64,000 bases of DNA, from the NCBI RefSeq assembly GCF_006345805.1, contig NC_042998.1, forward strand, positions 195,052,001-195,116,000, in the 5' to 3' direction. Positions 53,601-63,321 of the stretch are shown in pieces. Position 1 is the stretch's first letter. Every line of letters begins with the position of its first letter. Under the pieces are notes generated by a model. The model saw only the letters and a list, made by a program, of their open reading frames with translations, had not been told where the DNA came from and searched no databases. A program made the position numbers and the translations under genes. This DNA comes from Octopus sinensis. Its lineage: Eukaryota.

Positions 53601-54540
53601 TAAAATACTATTAAATTTCATTCAATTTTAAAAACGGTAAGATCAGACAGAACTTATGGGATGACCTGATAGATGCAATTATTAAAATAAATAAAAATAA
53701 AGATGAGTGCACACATAGCATTTACCTCAAAGTAATACAATGCTTTGATGCAGTGCATTAAAACATATCCTTGCATTTTGCGACTTATCTCAAAAGCTTA
53801 CAGACAATATTTTGCCCACAGGTGTGTTGTAATAGTATTTAAAACATCTCATTTAGAAGCTTCCACATTTGTTGCAATAGAAGTTGTCTCATTGGCTTAA
53901 ATTGCTATTTTTTGTTTCTTTTTTCTTTTGTTCTTGTGGAAAAAGCTGTGTCCATAGCCTGTTATTGCTGTTGTTGGAGCTAGTGGTAGAGTGGTTGAGG
54001 TTAGGGAATCATAGATGCAAAAGCACTGCCCCTAATCTAAAGATTAGGGGCATTTGCCATATTCTGAACGCCTTACTTCCCTGGGCATGGATACATTGAA
54101 ACTCCGACGTCTGGCAGCTGACTTGGCAGACACCCATAAAATTATTAACCATCTTACAAACAGTAACTCTGAGCACCTTTTCAAACTCCACCCATCTAAC
54201 ACCCGTGGACATGTTTACAAAGTCAGAAAACAGCACAGCTCCCATGACTTTCGGAAACATTTTTTCACACTAAGAGTTGCTGAAGCATGGAACAAACTGC
54301 TGGCATTAGTTGTTAGTTGTCGGAGCACTGCATCCTTCAAAACTTCCATGCTTCCTGAGATTCACCAACACTACACCTGATTTTCTCCCCTCCATACACA
54401 TGCAAGCATGTATCTGACTCATACACTGTTCGCTTTCCAGACATTTGTACATTACTGCATATGCTTTATACGCACTTTTGACAAGCTGTTGTGCACCTGA
54501 GCACTGTATACAATAATTTCATTATTATTATTATTACTAC

Positions 54541-54575
<35 letters not shown>

Positions 54576-54804
54576 GCACCATCCGTCCGTGGCCGTTTGC
54601 CAGCTCCGTCTGGCACCTGTGCGGGTGGCACGTAAAAAGCACCCACTACACTCACGGAGTGGTTGGCGTTAGGAAGGGCATCCAGCCGTAGAAACACTGC
54701 CAGATCAGACTGGGCCTGAAGCAGCCTTCTGGCTTCACAGACCCCAGTTGAACCGTCCAACCCATGCTAGCATGGAAAGCGGACGTTAAATGATGATTAT
54801 TATA

Positions 54805-54857
<53 letters not shown>

Positions 54858-57550
54858 CATTATTATTATTATTTAATACAATAAGAGTTAGATAGGCTAT
54901 AAAATTAGTTTAGCCAGGTATAAAACCAATTTCTGCAGAAGATGAAGCATAGGGGTTCTTCACTGCTTGATTAATTCACTACCAGCATATTATTAGTACT
55001 AATTTTACCAAACCTGGAAAAACGAAAACAAAGTTGACTGAAGTGGCATTTGAAACCTGAAAGCAGAGGAATGAAAATAAGATGGAGTGTTGGTTTGTTT
55101 TAATTATGAAAGAAAACTCTCAGTAGAAGTTATAAACTGGATGCTGAATTATTCTTGCTTTGGTGGTTGGTGTTAGGAAGGGCATCCAGTCATAGAAACC
55201 AAGCCAAAAACGAAACTTATGAATGGGATGGGGCCTCTTGACTTGTGTAGAAGAGCAACAGTGACTTATCCAATGTTTTAGACATCATCATCATTATCAT
55301 CATCGTTTAACGTCCGTTCTCCATGCTAGCATGGGTTGGACGGTTCGACCGGGGATCTGGGAAGCCAGAAGGCTGCACCAGGCTCCAGTCTTATCTGGCA
55401 ATGTTTCTACAGCTGGATGCCCTTCCTAATGCCAACCACTCTGTGAGTGTAGTGGGTGCTTTTTATGTGCCACCTGCACAGGTGCCAGGCGAGGCTGGCA
55501 TCGGCCACGGTCGGACTGGTGCATTTTACGTGCCACCGGCACGGAAGCCAGTCGAGGCGGCACTGGCTTCGGCCACGATTCGGATGGTGTTTTTTACATG
55601 CCACCGGCATGGAAGCAAGTCGAGGTGGCACTGGCATCGGCCACGATTCGGATAGTGCTTTTTACGTACCACCAGTCCAGGGGTCCTGGCATCTGCCGGG
55701 TGCCAGTCATAGGATTGGTTCAATTTCGATTCCGATTTCGATTTCGACTTCACTTGCTCCAACAGGTCTTCGCAAGCAAAGGAGGGTTGGCATGGGTGAC
55801 TGTCGTAGAAATGTAAAACATAAAAATGTAAAACAGTGGATGATGATGGAGATGATGATTATAGAAATGAGGTAATATAGAAATAGTATGGCATAATTTA
55901 GTGTACGGTGGTGAGGTGTGGTGCAGCATAGAGCTATGAAGTGTCGTGTAGAGTTGAGTAATGTAGTGCAGTGAGGTGTAGTGTTGTTTAGTGTGCTGTA
56001 ATATGGTGCAGTGTGGGTGTAGTGTGGTCCCAGACAGCAGTGACTAGATACCATTCCATAGTGTAGTGCAGTGCAATAGTATATGTAGTAGTTCGGAGAT
56101 TCGCCAGAGGGACAGGGCGACCCATAACATTACATGACGTGTTGGAGATTCGCCAGAGGGGCAGGGCCAACCCATAACATTACATGGCATCAGAGATTCG
56201 CCAGGAGATTCGCCAGGAGGGCAGACCCAATCCATAACATTACAATAACCAATATTTCTTTACCAATATTACTACACCTATCATCATCATCATCATCATC
56301 ATCATGACTGATATATTTTCTTTTCCAGATATTTGTGACAGAAAAAAGTCAAGCAGTGAAAGTAGTTGTAACTCAACCGTCAACAGACGTTCACTATTTT
56401 GTACCACAAATAAAAAAGTAAGTAACCCGACGTTCTGTTACACTGCATTGTAACATTGAGTGTGACATAATTTGTGGTGTAGGATGGTGTGATACTGGAT
56501 ATTAAAATGGGTGAAACGCTAGGTGTAACATCAGTGGCGATACTGATGCAATATTGGGTGTGACACTAAGTGTTATAATAAGTGTGACACAGAATGTGAC
56601 ATGGGCTGCGATACTGAAAGAGAAAAGAGAGAGACACAAGAGGAGAGATTGAAGAGTGAGGGTAGAGGATGAAGGAAGAGGAGAAAAAAGGAATAAAGAA
56701 GGTGAAGAAGGAAAGAGATAAGAGAAAAGGAATCAGAAATGAGTAAAAAGAGTTGGAAAAGAGTGAAGCTGCTATATTTGCTGGAGGACATTTAGTGTGT
56801 TGTGGAAGCACTCCGTCGGTTACGACGATAAGGGTTCCGGTTGATCTGAATCAACGGAACAGCCTGCTCATGAAATTAACGTGGTAAGTGGCTGAGCACT
56901 CCACAGACACGTGCACCCTTAACGTAGTTCTCGGGGATATTCAGCGTGACACAGAGAGTGACAAGGCCGGCCCTTTGAAATACAGGTACAACAGAAACAG
57001 GAAGTAAGAGTGAGAGAAAGTTTGTGGTGAAAGAGTACAGCAGGGATCACCACCATCCCTGCCGAAGCCTCGTGGAGCTTTTAGGTGTTTTCGCTCAATA
57101 AACACTCACAACGCCCGGTCTGGGAATCGAAACCGCGATCCTATGACCATGAGTCCGCTGCCCTAACCACTGGGCCATTGCGCCTCCACGTAGTGTGTTG
57201 TACAAGTATTGTTGATGTTGTTTAGATGAAGTGAAGGTAAAAACACTCAGAGCATTCGATGAATTTATTGTTATTGCAAATCAGGAACTCTATTGCTCAA
57301 AAAACTTGTCATTCAAAATGAAACAGCGAAATTTGAGAGATTTTTGGCTGCTATTTTTTGCAGATTGACTAACTATATAGGCGCAGGAGTGGCTGTGTGG
57401 TAAGTAGCTTGCTAACCAACCACATGGTTCCGAGTTCAGTCCCACTGCGTGGCATCTTGGGCAAGTGTCTTCTGCTATAGCCCCGGGCTGACCAATGCCT
57501 TGTGAGTGGATTTGGTAGACGGAAACTGAAAGAAGCCTGTCGTATATATG

Positions 57551-57595
<45 letters not shown>

Positions 57596-59281
57596 TTGTG
57601 TATCTGTGTTTGTCCCCCTAGCATTGCTTGACAACCGATGCTGGTGTGTTTACGTCCCCGTCACTTAGCGGTTCAGCAAAAGAGACCGATAGAATAAGTA
57701 CTGGGCTTACAAAGAATAAGTCCCGGGGTCGATTTGCTCGACTAAAGGCGGTGCTCCAGCATGGCCGCAGTCAAATGACTGAAACAAGTAAAAGAGTAAA
57801 AGAGCAAAAGAGTATATGATTGCTGTCTGCTCAACAGAATTGCCCACATAATTGTCTTTCTTCTCCTTCATCTTACCCTCCTTATTGTTTCCTTTCTTCC
57901 TCTTCCTTCCTTCCCTTTCTTTCTCACTCCTTCTCTCATCCACTCCCTACTATATCCTACACTTTCTACTTCATATCTTCAGTGTAGGTGGATGAACTAA
58001 CATGCTAGTGAGTTCATTACTTCAGCAAAGTCGTTGCTTTTAGAGACATGTGAACTTTGACTTACTGATTTAGGATGTGTGATAAACTGAGCAGTGTTTT
58101 TGGTCATATCATTATCATCATCATCATCATCGTTTAGCGTCCGTTTTCCATGCTAGCATGGGTTGGACGGTTCTACTGGGGTCTGTGAAGCCAGAAGGCT
58201 TCATCAGGCCCAGTCAAATCTGGCAGTGTTTCTACTGCTGGATGCCCTTCCTAACGCCAACCACTCCATGAGTGTAATGGGTGCTTTTTACGTGCCACCC
58301 ACACAGGTGCCAGACAGAGTTGGCAAATGGCCACGAACAGATGGTGCTTTTTATGTGCCACCGGCACGAGGGCCAGGCGAGGCTGGCAACGGACACGAAA
58401 CAGGGCGGTGCTGGCAACGGTCGCGAAACGGAAGGTTCTCTTACATGCCACCGGCACTGGTAACACATCTGCAATTTCCATTGATCGATTTCGATTCTGA
58501 TCCTCACTTGCCTCAACGGACCAAAAGTAATCATCATTATAAAATACATTTTCAGGGTTAGGATTAAGGGTATGAAGAATGATTGGGTGGGATGTAGTTG
58601 GATGATTTGTACATGATTATCATAGATTTTCTTGGATCATTTCTCTTTCTTATAGATTACTTTCCCAAAAGTCTGATGACAGCTACATTTGTATATCAGA
58701 CGTACGAGAGCACGTTCTACCCACTGGATTACTGAATACTCACTGGTAAGTTGAAGAACTATTTGTAAAGGAACATAAGTTTCTGTTGTTACTTTTTGTT
58801 TAACCCTCTTCAAAAGCTTTCTAACCATGACCATCCTGTCTTTTTTTCTATGTAAGGGGCTACAACCAATGTGCCTGTCCTTATTTTTATGATAGGTCAC
58901 GATAGGTCATTTTATGATAGGTCATGATTTGAGTGAGAGTTGGCAGCTATTTTTGTCAAAGTGAACATATTGTTGCTTAACTCTGACCAGGTAGACTTAG
59001 GCTCAAAGGTATTTCATCCATAACATTCTGTCTTTTCCTCTGGCATCGTATACTTATCACTACATTTTCCACTGTATTTTCTTTCTTTTTCTAAGATTGC
59101 TCTTCTTAATTTCTCTTTTGTGTTTTCCTGCTCACTGGGCCATTCTTGGAAGATTTAAGTTAACAGTTTTTCTTTGAGAATAGACGTTTCTAGTCTTTTG
59201 CTCCACACTTCTTCATTTCTGGAGCAAAGAATATCATGAGTGGTCCCCCCTGACATGTCTCACAGTGTGTCATAGCTAACT

Positions 59282-59317
<36 letters not shown>

Positions 59318-62300
59318 CATTCTATTCATTCCACTTTGCTGCCTTTCTAAGATTTTATTCTACATTATCTCGGTCCACCTAACTTCCTCAGGACCAGCTA
59401 CCAGATCATCTTATTTCTTTATTGCCCACAAGGGGCTAAACATAAAGGGGACAAACAAGGACAGATAAACAGATTAAGTCAATTATGTCGACCCCAGTGC
59501 GTAACTGGTACTTAATTTATCGATCCCGAAAGGATGGAAGGCAAAGTCGACCTCGGCGTAATTTGAACTCAGAATGTAACAACAGACGAAATACCGCTAA
59601 GCATTTCGCCCGGCATGCTAACGTTTCTGCCAGATCATCTTGCTATACTTCTGCTATCCCATGGAAGAATTAATTTTCATTTCCTCTGAACATTGCCTCA
59701 GCACATCTAACTATATCAGGAATAGATACTAAATCATTAAGGACTGTAAAACTGTGATAACCAGGGAATATATCTATTTCTCAGCTATTCAAAACTGCAA
59801 TAAATGGAGCAAAGTAGTAAACATGGTAAGTCACTTACAAGGGGTTGCTGAAAAGTTCTTGGCTTTTGGTAAAAGAAAATAAAGGAGGATCAGTTAATTA
59901 TGATTGTATTTAACATTTTCCCCTCTCAGATTCACACACTCATTGCACCAGTCCTTCAGTTCTTCTATGCCCTGTAAAAGAACTCGGAGGGTTAATGATA
60001 TCCTTAAAGCTAAGAACTTTTCAGCATTCCCTCGTAGGTTTATGAAGATAATCTTTATATATAAAACTGAAGTTGTGTGTGTGAGAGTCTGTCTCCTCCG
60101 ATTTATATTCCTAACTACTCCCACATTTATTTTGCGGTGCAGTTTAACCAAAAGTGGGTATCTTATAGTCGTGATTCACATCGAGCCCTTCTGGGTATTA
60201 GCGCGCGTCTACGATGAGTCTACAATGATAAAAAAATTTACCATCATTTTTTCGCATTTTTAAGGCATTTTTTGCTCGGTTTATATAAGGGAAGTAACTC
60301 TCTAAAAATGCTTATATAGTTATTTTCCTTCTATGAAAATCCCTATTTTTTTACGATTTTTTTACTACTGTGTCGCCAAATTTTTGTGTATTTCAACCAG
60401 AAAAATGTCCACTTAAAGAGAATAACAAGCTACATAATGCAAAATTTTTACTTTTCAAAAATTCCAATTCTAAAGAGTCGAAACAAACCCGAGCAACGCC
60501 GGGTGATACTGCTAGTTACTCATAGAACATGCTATTACTCTGAAAGTAGCCAATCATTCACTTGCTATTTATCAAGCTGTTGAGTCATACAAATCATAGA
60601 CTACTTTGCATAGAAGTCAAAGCTGACCTTCTGCATAAAGCAAATAGAAATTCTACAAGTCAATGATACCGGCCTATTGACATTGACCCAGTGATACTGT
60701 TCTAGCAGCATTGACACTGCAGACCTTTCACTACCCCTGCAATATTAACCCAATGGCACTTTCCCCATCAATATTAATTTAGTGACTCAGCACCAGCTGT
60801 ATTAACTACGAGCAAAACGCCCCCCCCCCCCAGTCCTATGGACGGTGGTGAGTTGTCAAACATTTAAACCAAATTTTCTCAAAACAACTTGTCCGACCGT
60901 TCCATAGGTCTCCCCTTTGAGAAACACTGGTTTACCCTAAATTTGAGACACCAGCAAAAGAAGAAATAAAGATAGACATTTTTTCCTATTCCAAAGAAAA
61001 ACAGTTTTATTCACACAAATATGCAACCAAAGAATTTAAAGTACCGGTAATGATAAGGCTGTTGACTGGGAGAACACAAACATAGTTTAAACAGTAAGCT
61101 TGACAGGAAAGAAACGTGCCTTTAAGCAGTTCAAAAACAGCAAAAAAATGGAAGGTGCAGTTATGTACAGGTTGACGGAAGAAAAGCAGGACAAAAACGA
61201 TGCATGCAAATGGGTTAGCTGGAGGTAAATCTAGATGGAAAAGCATGATGAATTTATGAGAACATACCTGGGACAATAATAAGTTTATCTGATAAAACAT
61301 GTAGGAAACTGCACGTGCATTTTTCTCGCATACGTGTAATATCGATCGCAACAGCTGATGTACTTGCACGTACAAATGCATGTTCCCATAGCTTTATATA
61401 TCGCATTCTCACCTGGAATCGATCTTTGTAATTTTTTCAAGACTTATACACACTCTGATAGCGTCAGTATCTACATATCAAATTTGAGTGCAATCAGATG
61501 GAGGATGCCCGAGATCCTAGAAGACACACACAGACAGACAGAACGGATTTTATCATTACCAACGTTGCTTCACTGGCACCTGTGCTGGTGGCATGTGTAA
61601 AAAGATTCGAGCGAGGTCATTGCTAGTACTGCCTGACTGGCCCCCGTGCCGGTGGCACGTAAAAAGCAGCCACTACACCCTCGGAGTGGTTGGCGTTAGG
61701 AAGGGCATCCAGCTGTAGAAACTCTGCCAGATCAAGATTGGAGCCTGGTGCAGCCATCTGGTTAGCCAACCCTCAGTCAAAATCGTCAAACCCATGCTAA
61801 CATGGAAAGCGGATGTTAAACGATGATGATGATGATATTAACCCAGTGTAAGATCTATCTACATAAACCCAATGATTTTGCCTTCACTCTATTAACCCAG
61901 CAACAGTGTTCTAGTTATATTAACCCGATAACATTTCCCATAAATTTTCACTCTGTGATTACTAACCCTCTCATTGTTAATCACATAAGACTTCCTCATT
62001 AGTGTTAACCCAGAAAAGTTCAATGACACGTGCCCAGCAATGTTATCTCTGTAGTATTGCCCTAACAATGTTAACATTCTAATACTGTCCCTGGCAATGT
62101 TAGTCCAACTACACTTCCTTAGTAATGCTAACCATGTTAACCATGACAGTAACATTCAATTAGTAATACTGATTCAGAAATATTAACTCAGAGATATTGC
62201 TTCAGAAATATCAACATAGCAAGAAATCCTTAGCAGTGATATTTCATACTAATTAACCCAGTGATAATACCCAGTGATAATAACCCTGAAGACTCTGTCA

Positions 62301-63290
62301 CAGCATTTTCAAACCAATGACTCATTGTCAGCAATATTAACTCAGTAATGCTATCTTTGCAGCATCAACCCTGTGACACAGTTCTACTTATATTAACCTA
62401 GTAACACAATCACAGCTGCATTAACAATCTTAGCAGTATCAAACCAAAAACATTGAGTCTTAGACTCTCAGCAATTATGCTGACTCTGTTCTGGTCAGCC
62501 GAACTCCAAAAACCTAACATTATGATACTAAAGATAAAGAGCAAGAAACAATTCATTTATTTATCTAAGGCTTTATATAGCTATGGTGTGGCCTCACCTG
62601 GAATTTGCATCATTGGTCTGGAACCCCTATTTTGCTAAGGATATTAATCATCTGGAAACTGTTCAGCAACATGCAACCAAGAGAATACCCTCCATCAGGC
62701 ATTTGCCATGTTCTGAATGCCTTACTTCCCTGGGCATGGACACATTGAAACTCTGACGTCTGGCAGCTGACTTAGCAGACACCCATAAAATTATTAACCA
62801 TCTTACAAACAATAACTCTGAGCACCTTTTCAAACTCCACCTGTCTAACACCCGTGGACATGTTTACAAAGTCAGAAAACAGCACAGCTCCCATGACTTT
62901 CGGAAACATTTTATTCATGCTAAGAGTTGCTGAAGCATGGAACAAACTGCCGGCATCAGTTGTTAGTTGTCGGAGCACTGCATCCTTCAAAACTTCCATG
63001 CTTCCTGAGATTTGCCAACACTACACCTGATTTTCTCTCCTCCATACACACACAAGCATGTATCTGACTCATACACTGTTCACTTTCCAGACATTTGTAC
63101 ATTACTGCATATACTTTATATGCACTTTTGACAAGTTGTGGTGCACCTGAGCACTGTATACAATAATTTCATCATTATTATTTTTATTATTATTATTATT
63201 ACTATTATTATTATTATTATTATTACTTCTTTTTTCTTCTTTCAAATTTGCTTCCATTTCTTGCCGAGTGTCTTCCCGACTCCTATTATC

Positions 63291-63321
<31 letters not shown>

